From: Polyangia bacterium
GTDB taxonomy: Bacteria; Myxococcota_A; Polyangia; JAAYKL01
Length of the DNA stretch: 64,000 bases
Reading direction: 5' to 3'
Assembly: GCA_050287845.1 (NCBI GenBank)
Contig: JBNKCR010000055.1
Coordinates: forward strand, 128,001-192,000
Shown piece by piece: positions 50,148 through 60,933 of this stretch (positions are counted from its first letter, which is position 1; each line of letters starts with the position of its first letter). The translations under genes were made by a program, and so were the position numbers. Under the pieces are notes generated by a model. It made no database searches. It saw only the letters and a list, made by a program, of their open reading frames with translations, and was not told where the DNA came from.

Positions 50148-50782
50148 TTGTTACTCCATTTTTCAGACTGCTCCAGTTTCTCCTCCAGCACCGCAAAGTG
50201 GCGGGAGAGTGCCAGGAATCGCTTTTTCGCCTTTCGCAGTTGTCTTTTCACCGTGGACTCAGATACATCAAACACCCGGGTCACTTCTCTGATTTCCATG
50301 CCATCAATAAAACGAAGGGCGAAGATGAGCCGCTCATCGGTCGGCATGGCGTCGAGCACCTTATAAATGAGTTTTGTTAATTCGATATCTCCTGCCGATA
50401 CCCCTGGTGCTGCATAATTGGTTGTGGCCGCATCGTCATGGGTCCAATGCATTCGCCGTCTGGCCCGTTTTCGGATTCGCTGCCGTACCGTCAGAATGGT
50501 CAGCGAGGTCAACCATGACCTGATGGCGGCGTTGTCCCGGAGCTGATGAATCCGGGAATACGCGGCGACAAAAATATCCTGCACCAGATCAGGAATCTCA
50601 GGATCGAACCCCAGTACGCGAACCACCAACCGCTCCACCATCTCGCCATATCGATGAAACATCGCCTCCATTGCGCCCGGATGCCCGGATTTAATTGCGG
50701 CAGCCATCGCCACGTCATCCCCCGAAAATCGGAAAGCCAGTGGTTTAAGCCCATCTTTATTTTTTTGTCTTACCTGTATCAT
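50144..50782 (-). CDS. ECF RNA polymerase sigma factor
   Basis: DLVQDIF, IRSWL, FALRFIDGM, SESTVKR; alternative start TTG 50812. Confidence 0.88.
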   Translation of the reverse strand: MIQVRQKNKDGLKPLAFRFSGDDVAMAAAIKSGHPGAMEAMFHRYGEMVERLVVRVLGFDPEIPDLVQDIFVAAYSRIHQLRDNAAIRSWLTSLTILTVRQRIRKRARRRMHWTHDDAATTNYAAPGVSAGDIELTKLIYKVLDAMPTDERLIFALRFIDGMEIREVTRVFDVSESTVKRQLRKAKKRFLALSRHFAVLEEKLEQSEKWSNK

Positions 50783-50878
50783 TCTGCTCTCATTGGTGTG
50801 TGGAGCGCCCAAATGCAGGTCAGCTTTTTATACGTAACGGCCGGAACAAAATAGGACTGAACAGCGAACGCCGGATTT

Positions 50879-51382
50879 TCAGGCGGGTTCTCCCGGACCG
50901 TCCATAATGGAGCCGGCCTGAAGCACTGGGGCGGCTTCGAGTTCTTCGGCTTCCATCATGGTCACCACCTGGGAGAGGATTGTGTCAATGACGGCCTGAT
51001 TCTGGGGTGGCAACGCCGCCAGCTTCCTTGCAAACCGTTCCTGAAGTGGCGATGGGGCTTTCTGGACAATGCGAATTCCTTCCTCGGTCAGTGCCACAAT
51101 CACTTTCCGTCGGTCGGATTTGCTTCGGGTGCGGATGATGAATCCCCGGGATTCCAGCCTGTCCAGGACACCCGTGATGGTTGCCTGGCTGAGATGCATG
51201 GATCGGGCGATTTTTCCCGGACTGCTGTCCGCGGACTGTTTGAGAAAACGCAGACAACTGATTTGAGGTGCCGTCAGATTGTACTGACGGGACAACTGAT
51301 GACTGTACAAATCAATGGCCCGGGTGATTTTTCTCAGTGAAGTAAGGATGTTTTCTTCGTAGTTCGTGTTCATTGAGCTCAT
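50879..51382 (-). CDS. MarR family regulator (EctR/CosR-like)
   Basis: SLRKITRAIDLYS..L...LTAPQ, SQATITGVLDRLE, DRR, LTEEG. Confidence 0.88.
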   Translation of the reverse strand: MSSMNTNYEENILTSLRKITRAIDLYSHQLSRQYNLTAPQISCLRFLKQSADSSPGKIARSMHLSQATITGVLDRLESRGFIIRTRSKSDRRKVIVALTEEGIRIVQKAPSPLQERFARKLAALPPQNQAVIDTILSQVVTMMEAEELEAAPVLQAGSIMDGPGEPA

Positions 51383-51570
51383 TTTTTTTGGTGAGTTTCG
51401 TTTCTGAAAACCCCGTAGAACGGCTCAAAATATCAAAAACGACCGAAATTACAATCTGATAGTTGTGTAAGAGGCAATTGCACTGTCGTGAAAACGGCCG
51501 GCGCAGCCTTTGGCAGACGTTTGAATATTGAGCGATACCCCCGAGGTTCCGCGATGGGGAGGAGCCGACA

Positions 51571-52533
51571 TCATGTTGAGGTGTCTCGAAGGCTGGTGTT
51601 GAGGGATTTGCACCAGCAGTTCATGTCTTCGAAGTCGCCGCTGATATGGCAGTTGCGTACGAGGGTGCCGGTGTACTGATAGCCGGCGCGACCGAAAATC
51701 CGATTCATCGAGATAGCGCTGGCCCGGGCCAATGTGTAGAGATTGGGAATACCACGGTGCGCCATTTCCCGCTCCAGCGCCCGGAGCAATATGGACCCAA
51801 GGCCAATGCCCCTGAAGTCTGGCAGGGTCGCAAAATCCGTCATTTCCGCGTTACCCAGTTCCAAAACGGTTTCTGCAGAGGCAATGGCCGCCGGTTGATC
51901 TCCCCGGAGAATCATTATGTACACCACATCGTTCTGCATGGATTTAAGGATATAGCTGGGGTCGAATACCGGAAAGGGGTAGCTGTCGAAACAGGCGGTA
52001 AATACGGCGGCCAACGCTCCTGCATCCCGGGCGCTTGCATTGCGGCAGGAGAATCCGGCCGGTAACACTCTGGACTCGGCCGGCGGTGCGCTACTGGAGG
52101 CGACAATGATTTGCCTGCGTTCTTCTTCGTCCGGCATGGGCACCGTGCGTTGCTCATCTGGAAAAAACGACAGTACCGCTGCGTCGTTGCCATTAAAATA
52201 GCCTTTGATCACCGCTTCCTGCTGAAATCCAAGCAGTTTCAATGGCGCGGCATCGACCATGGGGGATTTGAGGAAAATTTTCCCCGCCTGCTGCTGCAGG
52301 GCGTGGATTTTCAGGCTATGTACCATTTTCGCCAAATCAGACGCCACATATCGGACCACGCGCAACCGTCCGTTTCGCGTACTGAAAAACGCTTCGAATT
52401 CATAGCCGTTGCCCCGAATCCGCTTTGTTTCACCATATTCCGGAAGGTTTTCTCCCGTAATGATGACTTCGTCAGCAGCGTCGTAATCCAGCGCAGCAGT
52501 CCTGTCAATCACCGTTGTCATCTTCACTGTCAC
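51571..52533 (-). CDS. ablB: Beta-lysine N-acetyltransferase
   Basis: SYPFPVFDP, NAEMTDFATLPDFRG, YTLARA, GDFEDMN; overlaps ablA. Confidence 0.9.
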   Translation of the reverse strand: MTVKMTTVIDRTAALDYDAADEVIITGENLPEYGETKRIRGNGYEFEAFFSTRNGRLRVVRYVASDLAKMVHSLKIHALQQQAGKIFLKSPMVDAAPLKLLGFQQEAVIKGYFNGNDAAVLSFFPDEQRTVPMPDEEERRQIIVASSSAPPAESRVLPAGFSCRNASARDAGALAAVFTACFDSYPFPVFDPSYILKSMQNDVVYIMILRGDQPAAIASAETVLELGNAEMTDFATLPDFRGIGLGSILLRALEREMAHRGIPNLYTLARASAISMNRIFGRAGYQYTGTLVRNCHISGDFEDMNCWCKSLNTSLRDTST

Positions 52534-53833
52534 TCAGCATATCTTCACGTCGTTGTGCGCGCTCGAGATCCTGTGGCACAATGGCAATCACATTGTTGTT
52601 GTCATCAAACAACTTGCCAACGCCAACATCGGTGGCCCACTTGGCGTGTTTGTTGGTCTGTTTCGCTTTGGTTCCCGGAGACAACTCGTCGCAATAGCTG
52701 CAGTTGGACGGACAGGTGATCTCCTTATGTGGTGGTTCACTGTACAGACAGATTACACCTTCGTAGTTTCTGAGAACCACCTTCCGGGTACCCATGGATA
52801 TGAGATACTGGGGTGTCAGTGGAATCTTTCCACCACCACCGGGGGCATCCACCACGTATGTCGGGACCGCGAATCCGCTGGTATGGCCGATGAGCATCTC
52901 CATGATTTCAATTCCCTTCGACACCGAAGTCCGGAAATGTTCGATGCCCCTGGACAAATCACACTGGTACATGTAGTACGGGCGGACTCTGTTTTCCACA
53001 AGGCGATGAACCAGGTTCTGCACGATGAGCGGACAATCGTTCACGTCTCGGAGCAACACATTCTGATTGCCGAGAGGAATGCCCGCATCGGCCAGCTTTC
53101 GCAGCGCTTCACGACTCTCGGGCGTAATTTCGCGGGGATGATTGAAATGGGTGTTGACCCAGATGGGTTGATGTTTTTTCAACATGGTAATCAGTTCGTC
53201 ATCAATGCGCTGGGGCAATACAACCGGTGTGCGGGTGCCGATGCGAACGACTTCCACGTGATCAATGGCATTCAGCTCGGTGAGAATCCAGTCGAGTCTT
53301 TTGGTGGAAAGCAGAAACGGGTCTCCACCGGAAATGAGCACATCACGTACCTCGGGAGTGTCCCGTATATATTGAATGGCAGTTTTCAGCTCATCTTTCG
53401 ATGGGGATTGCTGTTTGTCTCCCACTGAGCGCTTGCGGGTACAATGTCTGCAGAACATGGCGCACATCTGCGAAACCAGCAGCAACACCCGGTCCGGGTA
53501 ACGGTGCGTAATGCCGGGTACCGGACTGTCGTGGTCCTCGGCCAGGGGATCTTCAATATCTTCATTGGCAATCATTGTCTCCTGGATGGTTGGCACCGAC
53601 TGGAGACGAATGGGACATCGTGGATTGTTCGGATCCATGAGGGATGCATAATACGGCGTGATTGCCATGGGAAACAGTTGAGACGCCTTGCGGATCTCTG
53701 ATACCTGCGCATCTGTGAGCGGCAGTATTTCTCTGAGCTGATCCGGATCTGTAATCAGATTTTTCAATTGTGTTTGCCAGTCGGCATCCGCCAGCTCCGT
53801 CAGGGATGTATTTTTCGTTTGGGTCTGATACAT
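52505..53833 (-). CDS. ablA: Lysine 2,3-aminomutase
   Basis: HRYPDR, CAMFCRHCTRKR, SGGDP, DAPGGGGK, RNYEG; AGGAG RBS before ATG 53833. Confidence 0.94.
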   Translation of the reverse strand: MYQTQTKNTSLTELADADWQTQLKNLITDPDQLREILPLTDAQVSEIRKASQLFPMAITPYYASLMDPNNPRCPIRLQSVPTIQETMIANEDIEDPLAEDHDSPVPGITHRYPDRVLLLVSQMCAMFCRHCTRKRSVGDKQQSPSKDELKTAIQYIRDTPEVRDVLISGGDPFLLSTKRLDWILTELNAIDHVEVVRIGTRTPVVLPQRIDDELITMLKKHQPIWVNTHFNHPREITPESREALRKLADAGIPLGNQNVLLRDVNDCPLIVQNLVHRLVENRVRPYYMYQCDLSRGIEHFRTSVSKGIEIMEMLIGHTSGFAVPTYVVDAPGGGGKIPLTPQYLISMGTRKVVLRNYEGVICLYSEPPHKEITCPSNCSYCDELSPGTKAKQTNKHAKWATDVGVGKLFDDNNNVIAIVPQDLERAQRREDMLSDSEDDNGD

Positions 53834-53859
53834 TTTTCTCCTAAATTTTTGTGTCTTTA

Positions 53860-53877
53860 TATTTTGTACACTAAATT
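53860..53877 (-). promoter_or_regulatory. EctR1-like pseudopalindromic operator
   Basis: AATTTAGT-GT-ACAAAATA, 15/18 identical to the recalled EctR1 site TATTTAGT-GT-ACTATATA. Confidence 0.6.
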
Positions 53878-54115
53878 TTAGCATGCTTTTTGACACAATA
53901 CTCAGCCGCTGTCCAGACCTTTTGCCTGAATGCTGCGGCATGGCTCCGGGGCGCACGGTGATATCGCCAACGTTGATTTCACTTAAATCGGTTTTGAATT
54001 TAATTGGATCAAAAATTTCTGATTCGAAAAATTGTGTGTTTTCAGGTTATTATTGTGGGGTGAATCGTAAAAATGGAAGAGATGGCCAACTGAGTTGTCA
54101 TGGAGGGGATGCGTT

Positions 54116-57100
54116 TTGGACGACCAAACGACGATTAACGGACGCTATCGGATCATCGGCGCTCTCGGCACTGGCGCTCAGGGAACGGTGTATGCGGTGG
54201 AGGATATACTCGCCAATAAGCGCTGTGCACTGAAACTTTGTGGTGCCCACGGGTCAGGGGCTCTTGAAACTGAATTTTTTCATCTGCTTGATTTAAGCCA
54301 TCCCAACCTCGCGCATGTGTACGATTATCAGCGAATTCATGATGTGCATCCGGGCAGTGACCTGAAAAAAGGGCAGGTGTTCTTTACTGAAGAGTTGATT
54401 GATGGGGTTCATGTCACCGACTATGTGCGGGGCTTGTCTGAACCCCGACGTCTGGCGGCCGCTGCTCAGATAGGCATTGGCGTTGCACGGGCATTGCGGA
54501 TGTTGCACTCCCGGGGCATGTTGCACCTTGATGTGAAGCCATCCAACATCATCGTGGAGCCGTCGGGAATCCCGCGTCTCATCGATTTGGGACTGGCCAG
54601 GTTGAAGAGCAATGCGATTGGGGTGAAGTCCGGAACGCCGGGATATGTGCCACCTGAGATTTTTGAAGGTATTGCCGGTGAAGGTACGGATGTATTCGCG
54701 CTGGGGCGAGTGCTGATTCAGCTCCTCAGTCTGACCCCGCCTCCCCTGGGAATCGATGAAACGCCGCAGATTCCCGGGTTCGTCCCGGATAAACTGAGGA
54801 CGGCGCTTCTGCGCATGACCCACAGCTCTCTGGCGCAACGCTATAGCGCCAGAGAAACTGTTCTGGCAATCCAGAAATGTGGTTTATCCGGTATTGAGCC
54901 GCACGATCATTATCTGGATGACAGCAGTGAGGCCGAAGACCCGTTGAGTCGTTTCGCGGTGGCCCGATCCACAAAATTTGTGGGCAGAGATATCCAGCGC
55001 GACGAGCTGTCTCAGCTGCTGATCCGAACATTCGCACAGCCCGGAATGCTGCTGTGCGTGGTCTCCGGTCCGGTTGGTGTTGGAAAAACGCGACTCATCC
55101 GGAAAGTGGTCGCATCGAGACAGGTATTTCACGCACAGGCGCAACAGGCGTCCATCACCTTTGTTTCAGGCAGCCTCGAACGGGTTTCCCGGATGGTTCT
55201 TGGCGATATGGATGGTCTGGTCCCTGATGCGAATGGGATTGCCACGGCGGATCGCGCCGGTTTGCCGGGGCAGCGTCCCCCCTCGGGACATGTGAGTGAA
55301 AACCGTATGGGCGCGCTGCTGGCGTCGCTGGCAAATCACGGGCAACCCATTGTGGTGGTGGTGGAAGACGCCACTGCTTCCCAGATTGTGATTGCCAATA
55401 ATGTGCTTCAGTCCCGGGCATTTACACCGCCATTCGGATGCGTGTTGATTTTTGAACATGGCGATGTGGGCTTTTCGCGCGAATTTGCGGACATTGCCCC
55501 TGTGATTCATCTGGATCCGCTCTCCGTGGCGGAAGAGCATCAGATGGTAACCGGAATCACTGGCGTGGCACTGACAACGCCGCAGATGGAACAGTTTCAT
55601 CGGATTACCGGGGGAAATCCGCGATTTTCCGAAGCACTGGTAGAGCAATTCTTTTTTGCCCAGAATGCATACCAGCTGGGCAATGCGCCGACGATGTCGG
55701 AAATTGCGACCGCACCGGGGCAACTGGTCGCAGCCAGACTGCTGGCCGATGCGACTCGGGTACAAAAAAAAATTCTGTATCTGTTTTCGATTGCCACGAC
55801 GCCGTTGTATGTCGATGAAATTCAGAAGGCCGCTTCTCTGGATGACGGGCAGACATGGCAGCGGTTTCTCACCCAACTGGCCGATGCGGGATATGTGCAT
55901 ACCGATTCTGGACGGACGTCGCTGATTTCGTATGTGGCGGAAGGTATCCGGGCTTCGATGGATGACAGTCGGAGAAGGGAGTACCACCACCTTCTTTTTA
56001 AGATTATGCGCGAAGATCGGGTGCCGGGGGAACGCGGGCGCCATGCCTTCCATGCCGGACTGCTTACCACGGCACGTCAATTTCTGCGCGAAGCCGCGGA
56101 AGTGGCGATGGCGTCCGGGGATATTGGATTGGCCATCAATTACCTTGAAATGCTGAATCAATGTGAACAGGTATCTCCAATTGAATGGCGGATCCAATTG
56201 GCGGTGTGTTATCGCAGGGCAGGGCGCTATTCCCGGGCGTTGCGCGTGTTGAATGAGATTCTGGAAACGTCCCCCACCGACAAAGTGCTGTTTGAGAAAG
56301 CCGCCGCCCTTCGGCTCATTGGCAGTGTGGCGGATGCAAGGGAATTGCTTCTATCGCTCAAGAATAGCGCCCTGGACGAAATTCGCGCTGCCTCGTTGGC
56401 GCTGCTGGCCAGGATTCATCTGGATTTGGGTGAAATCGATCATGGGCTCCAACTCGTCCAGGAGGTGGTGTTGCCCGATGCAGCGGCCCATGACAGTGGA
56501 TTGCTGAACATTCAGGGATTGCTCTGGCTCACGGTTGGACAGGTGGAGAAGGCGGAAAATACATTTTTAAAGGGACTGGCAGTGGCCAGGGAACGCAATT
56601 CCTCGGAGGAGGGGAGGTACCATGCGTATCTGGGAATGGTCGCTCATACCAGAAAGAATTGGCAGGATGCAGCGGAGCGATATGCGACCGCATTTCGCCT
56701 GTCCGACGAGTTCGGGGACAGTCATGGCGCGGCCACCAGTGCGGTGAACTGGGCAGCAGCACTGACCGAGCTGGGCGATTTCTCCAACGCCCTTATTCGC
56801 TATCGCAATGGGTTGGCGAGACTTCGTCTGGTCGGCAGGCCCGCAGAGCTGGTGCAGTCCGAAGCCAATTATGCACAACTGTTGCTGCGGCTCGGAGATG
56901 CCAGAGGGGCGTTGGACGTTGCGCAGAAGGCACTTTCAGATATCGATACAGAGCAGAGCCCGCTGGTTCGTGGTCATGTGTTGCTGGTGCTGGGGGAATC
57001 GCTGAATGCGGCGGGAAGCAGTGCGGATGCCGTGCCGATTCTGAACGAAGCGGACGGTGTATTTATCCAGATGAATCAGCAGCACCGTCGAGATTTGTGT

Positions 57101-59110
57101 CAGTTGCAGTTGGCGACTGCGCGGTTGCATGAAGGCGATGCCAGTGAAGCCGCAAAACGACTCGATGGAATATGCGACGCGATTGTGGTGGATTCTTTGC
57201 CGTACCATATGCTTCGCGTACTTGTCGCCATGGCCAAAGAAGGCAATATCAACGCTTCCCTTGTGTCGCTGGAGACACAGCTGAGGGGCAAGCCGGACAC
57301 GTTGAACCTGGAATACTACGAGGGGGCGGCCATTTTCGCGATGGGGTTGTACCGGATTGGCGACACGGCAAAATGCGCGGATTGGATACGCAATGCGTTG
57401 GCGCTGCTGGACGATTTCCGACGCCAGACGCCGGCATTGCACCAGCCCGTAACGTATCCCCACGAATTTTCGCTTAAAACGCTGCAGGCTCGTATTGCGA
57501 TGACCGCGGGAGAATCGAACGCGGACGGCTTAGAGGGAGTGAATATGAAACAGATGTTGATGGAACGGTTGATTCGCATTGCGGCCAGATTGAATTCTGA
57601 GCTGAACCTCGATGCGCAACTGGATATTATCATGGACGCCGCCGTTGATGTGACCGGCGCCGAGCGGGGCTTTCTGCTCATCCGTGACGACAACGGCGCA
57701 TTCGTTATCCGTTCTGCGCGAAATATGGATGCGGAGGCATTGCTGAAAGAGGAACAGCATTATTCCGGCAACATCGCGCAACGGGCGTTTGAGACTGGCG
57801 AACCGATTGTCACCACCAATGCCCAGGAGGATGAGCGGTACAGGGATTATCGAAGTGTGGCCATGCTCAATCTGATGTACATCGTTGCGATACCACTGCT
57901 GGAAAAAGGCAAGGCCCAGGGCACCATTTATCTGGACAGCACCAGCAGGGGGCATTTTGACGGGGAACGAATTGAAATTTTAAAAATGCTGGCCAATCAG
58001 GCGGCCATCGCAATGACCAACGCCAGGCTGATGGCCCATGTTCAACGGAGCAATGCCCAGGTAGAGAAATTGAACCGAAAACTGGAGAACCGGCTTGAGT
58101 CAACGGAACGGGAACTGGCGCAGACCAAACAGGACTTGCGGGAAATCAACGAAAGCCTGGCGACCCGCTACAGCTATCATGGCATGATCGGCACCTCCAA
58201 ACCCATGAAGGAGATGTTCCGGGTTCTTGACAGAATCGCGGCAACAGATATTCCGGTGGTGATCAGTGGGGAATCCGGAACGGGCAAAGAATTGGTTGCC
58301 CGGGCCATTCATCGGGCGGGAATTCGACGGGAAAAGCCGTTTGTGGCTGAAAACTGCGCGGCGATTCCGGCAGCGCTGCTCGAAAGTATTCTTTTCGGTC
58401 ACGTGCGCGGCGCTTTCACCGGGGCGGTCCGGACGCGAAGCGGGTTGTTTGTGGAAGCCCATGGGGGGACCCTTTTCCTGGACGAAATCGCCGACATGCC
58501 CATGGAGATGCAGGCAAAGCTGTTGCGGGTTCTTCAGAATGGTGAAGTTCGGCCCGTGGGCCAGAACCAATCTATCCGCGTCGATGTGCGTATTCTGGTG
58601 GCATCAAATGCGGACTTGAAAAAGCGCGTTCAGCAGGGCACTTTTCGTGAGGATTTGTTTTACCGTCTGAATGTGATGGATATGAAATTACCACCACTTC
58701 GCGAACGCATTGAGGATGTGCCCATTCTGGCGAGATTTTTTGTGCGGAAACACGCTCCCGACAGAGACATTGCCATTTCGGCCGATACCATGGCTCAGCT
58801 GATGCGATACAGCTGGCCCGGCAATGTCCGTCAGCTCGAAAACGAAATCATCCGCGCCACAGTGATGTGCGGCGACACAATGGACATCGAACACTTCAGT
58901 GAATCCGTGCATCAACTGCCTTCGGTGGACGCAGACGGCGGTGATGCAGATGACTTGCATCTGGAGCGCCATGTGAATCAGTTGAAAATCCGGCTGGTTC
59001 GAAGTGCGTTGCAGCAGAGTGGTGGCAACCGGAGCCGGGCGGCAGAGTTATTGGGCGTTTCCCGGTTTGGGCTTCAGAAGATGATGGCGCGTCTGGAGAT
59101 TGAAGTGTAG
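54116..59110 (+). CDS. Ser/Thr kinase - P-loop NTPase - TPR - GAF - sigma54 activator fusion
   Basis: [28 protein letters not shown]; TPRs; [34 protein letters not shown]. Start re-picked at TTG after GGAGGGG. Confidence 0.9.
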   Translation: MDDQTTINGRYRIIGALGTGAQGTVYAVEDILANKRCALKLCGAHGSGALETEFFHLLDLSHPNLAHVYDYQRIHDVHPGSDLKKGQVFFTEELIDGVHVTDYVRGLSEPRRLAAAAQIGIGVARALRMLHSRGMLHLDVKPSNIIVEPSGIPRLIDLGLARLKSNAIGVKSGTPGYVPPEIFEGIAGEGTDVFALGRVLIQLLSLTPPPLGIDETPQIPGFVPDKLRTALLRMTHSSLAQRYSARETVLAIQKCGLSGIEPHDHYLDDSSEAEDPLSRFAVARSTKFVGRDIQRDELSQLLIRTFAQPGMLLCVVSGPVGVGKTRLIRKVVASRQVFHAQAQQASITFVSGSLERVSRMVLGDMDGLVPDANGIATADRAGLPGQRPPSGHVSENRMGALLASLANHGQPIVVVVEDATASQIVIANNVLQSRAFTPPFGCVLIFEHGDVGFSREFADIAPVIHLDPLSVAEEHQMVTGITGVALTTPQMEQFHRITGGNPRFSEALVEQFFFAQNAYQLGNAPTMSEIATAPGQLVAARLLADATRVQKKILYLFSIATTPLYVDEIQKAASLDDGQTWQRFLTQLADAGYVHTDSGRTSLISYVAEGIRASMDDSRRREYHHLLFKIMREDRVPGERGRHAFHAGLLTTARQFLREAAEVAMASGDIGLAINYLEMLNQCEQVSPIEWRIQLAVCYRRAGRYSRALRVLNEILETSPTDKVLFEKAAALRLIGSVADARELLLSLKNSALDEIRAASLALLARIHLDLGEIDHGLQLVQEVVLPDAAAHDSGLLNIQGLLWLTVGQVEKAENTFLKGLAVARERNSSEEGRYHAYLGMVAHTRKNWQDAAERYATAFRLSDEFGDSHGAATSAVNWAAALTELGDFSNALIRYRNGLARLRLVGRPAELVQSEANYAQLLLRLGDARGALDVAQKALSDIDTEQSPLVRGHVLLVLGESLNAAGSSADAVPILNEADGVFIQMNQQHRRDLCQLQLATARLHEGDASEAAKRLDGICDAIVVDSLPYHMLRVLVAMAKEGNINASLVSLETQLRGKPDTLNLEYYEGAAIFAMGLYRIGDTAKCADWIRNALALLDDFRRQTPALHQPVTYPHEFSLKTLQARIAMTAGESNADGLEGVNMKQMLMERLIRIAARLNSELNLDAQLDIIMDAAVDVTGAERGFLLIRDDNGAFVIRSARNMDAEALLKEEQHYSGNIAQRAFETGEPIVTTNAQEDERYRDYRSVAMLNLMYIVAIPLLEKGKAQGTIYLDSTSRGHFDGERIEILKMLANQAAIAMTNARLMAHVQRSNAQVEKLNRKLENRLESTERELAQTKQDLREINESLATRYSYHGMIGTSKPMKEMFRVLDRIAATDIPVVISGESGTGKELVARAIHRAGIRREKPFVAENCAAIPAALLESILFGHVRGAFTGAVRTRSGLFVEAHGGTLFLDEIADMPMEMQAKLLRVLQNGEVRPVGQNQSIRVDVRILVASNADLKKRVQQGTFREDLFYRLNVMDMKLPPLRERIEDVPILARFFVRKHAPDRDIAISADTMAQLMRYSWPGNVRQLENEIIRATVMCGDTMDIEHFSESVHQLPSVDADGGDADDLHLERHVNQLKIRLVRSALQQSGGNRSRAAELLGVSRFGLQKMMARLEIEV

Positions 59111-59214
59111 CCCTGTGCCGTCCCGCGCCAGTGCATCAACGGAAACAGTGATTCTGGTCCGCAGCGTTCCGGGTATACAGCGATAGGAATATGTGAAAGA
59201 AAGCGAGTGTGGGG

Positions 59215-59928
59215 TTATTCTGCGTCAGCAGCAGGAGCAGCAGCGGGGGCGGCTGCAGCCGGTTTTGCTTCGACGGCAGGTGCGGGCGGCGCGGCGGGTT
59301 TTTCTTCCGCGTCATCTGCAGTTGTGGCCGGTGCGGGTTTTTTGGCCGGTTTCTTTGCTACCTGTTTTTTCACCGCAGGTTTGGCCGGTGTCGCGGGTGC
59401 TTCCGCTTCTTCGGCTTCGTCAGCCTCCGCTTCATCGTCAGCATCTGCAGCGGCTTCGCTATCAGCGGCCGCTTCATCGTCGGCTTCCTCGGCTGTGCTA
59501 TCGCCATTTTCCTCGGCTGCACTGTCCGTCGCTTCGGCCGTTTCATCAGCTGCATCGGCAGGTGCGTCGGCTGCTTTGGCATCATCAGCGCTTTCATCGT
59601 CCGTTTTGCTTTCGGTCGTTCCGAATTCTTTGGCAATATCGATTTCCTTGCCACTGGCGTCCATCTCCATCAGGCTGGCTTTCTTTTCAAGACCAGAAGA
59701 TTTGGATGAGGATGTCCACGCCAGAACAATCGACGAAACCATAAATAATGCCGCTACGATTCCAGTCAGTTTTCCAATGAAGGAACCTGCGCCTCTGGGA
59801 CCGAAAACGCTGGATCCGCTTCCCCCGAATGCCACTCCCATTCCGCCACCTTTGCCTGTTTGCAGCAGGATGACGAGAATCAGAAACAAACAGAAAATGA
59901 TATGTAAAGTTGTGAGTAAATAAATCAT
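59215..59928 (-). CDS. secG: Preprotein translocase SecG with long Ala/Glu/Asp tail
   Basis: LILVILLQTGKGGGMG.AFGG, two TMs, downstream of tpiA. Confidence 0.9.
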   Translation of the reverse strand: MIYLLTTLHIIFCLFLILVILLQTGKGGGMGVAFGGSGSSVFGPRGAGSFIGKLTGIVAALFMVSSIVLAWTSSSKSSGLEKKASLMEMDASGKEIDIAKEFGTTESKTDDESADDAKAADAPADAADETAEATDSAAEENGDSTAEEADDEAAADSEAAADADDEAEADEAEEAEAPATPAKPAVKKQVAKKPAKKPAPATTADDAEEKPAAPPAPAVEAKPAAAAPAAAPAADAE

Positions 59929-60118
59929 GACGGGTCTTCTACATCTGGATAAATATCATTGTCAAGAAGTAGTTGCATAAATGTGCAAGTGTCATTCATG
60001 AGTGAAATAATATTTATTCAAGCCGAAAAATCCGCAGAATATGGGAGTGTCAATGGGGTCTGAAATGTCCCATATTCATTGGAATCGGTACCATGCGATT
60101 GGTTAAAAAACGTTATTT

Positions 60119-60871
60119 TTATGCGCCGGCGATAATTCCCAGGAATGAATCTGCCTTGAGTGCAGCTCCGCCAACCAGTGCGCCGTCCACATCGGGTTGC
60201 GCCAGCAAATCTTCGGCATTGTCCGGTTTCACGCTGCCACCGTACTGGATTCTCACTTTGTCGGCCGCTTCCTGATCAAACAGTCTGGCAACGAGATCGC
60301 GAATGAATTTGTGCGCAGACTGTGCCTGCTCAGTGGTGGCCACCTTTCCGGTGCCGATAGCCCATACCGGTTCGTAGGCGATGGTGACTTTTTCGAGCTG
60401 GGCTCTGGTGAGGCCCCTGATGCCGGCGACGGTCTGCTCTTCGAGAACTTTCTCCGTGGCGTTGGCTTCGCGTTCTTCGAGTTTTTCACCGACGCAAAGA
60501 ATTACTTCCAGACCTTCCGCCAGAAGTGCATCTAATTTTTTGCGAATGATTTCATCTGTTTCGCCGATGACATGACGTCTCTCCGAGTGACCGACCAACG
60601 CAAATTCAACACCAGCATCTTTCAACATCGCAGTTGAAATTTCGCCAGTAAATGCACCGTTTTTCTCGAAATACACATCCTGCGCACCCAAACGTACGGG
60701 TGTGCCGGCAACCACTTCTTTCACCGCGCCAATGGCGAGGAATTGCGGAACGACAGCCACATCGGCGTTGGCGTCGGCGGGCAGACCGGCCACAACACTT
60801 CTGGCCAGCTCTACGGCTTCTGCGATGGTACAATTCATTTTCCAGTTTCCTGCTACAAAAGCTTTACGCAT
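60119..60871 (-). CDS. tpiA: Triosephosphate isomerase
   Basis: AGNWKMN, GHSERR, AYEPVWAIGTG, YGGSV. Confidence 0.97.
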   Translation of the reverse strand: MRKAFVAGNWKMNCTIAEAVELARSVVAGLPADANADVAVVPQFLAIGAVKEVVAGTPVRLGAQDVYFEKNGAFTGEISTAMLKDAGVEFALVGHSERRHVIGETDEIIRKKLDALLAEGLEVILCVGEKLEEREANATEKVLEEQTVAGIRGLTRAQLEKVTIAYEPVWAIGTGKVATTEQAQSAHKFIRDLVARLFDQEAADKVRIQYGGSVKPDNAEDLLAQPDVDGALVGGAALKADSFLGIIAGA

Positions 60872-60933
60872 ATTCAGTACCTCATCTGTGTAAGTCCCTG
60901 CCCGCAATAATATCGGGAGAGGGAGCTGGAGTT

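Noticed and set aside
59111..59214. tRNA-Leu often found after secG
   Set aside because: No cloverleaf or T-loop motif visible on either strand.
59207..59923. Long plus-strand Ala/Ser-rich ORFs opposite secG
   Set aside because: Antisense shadows of the low-complexity SecG tail.
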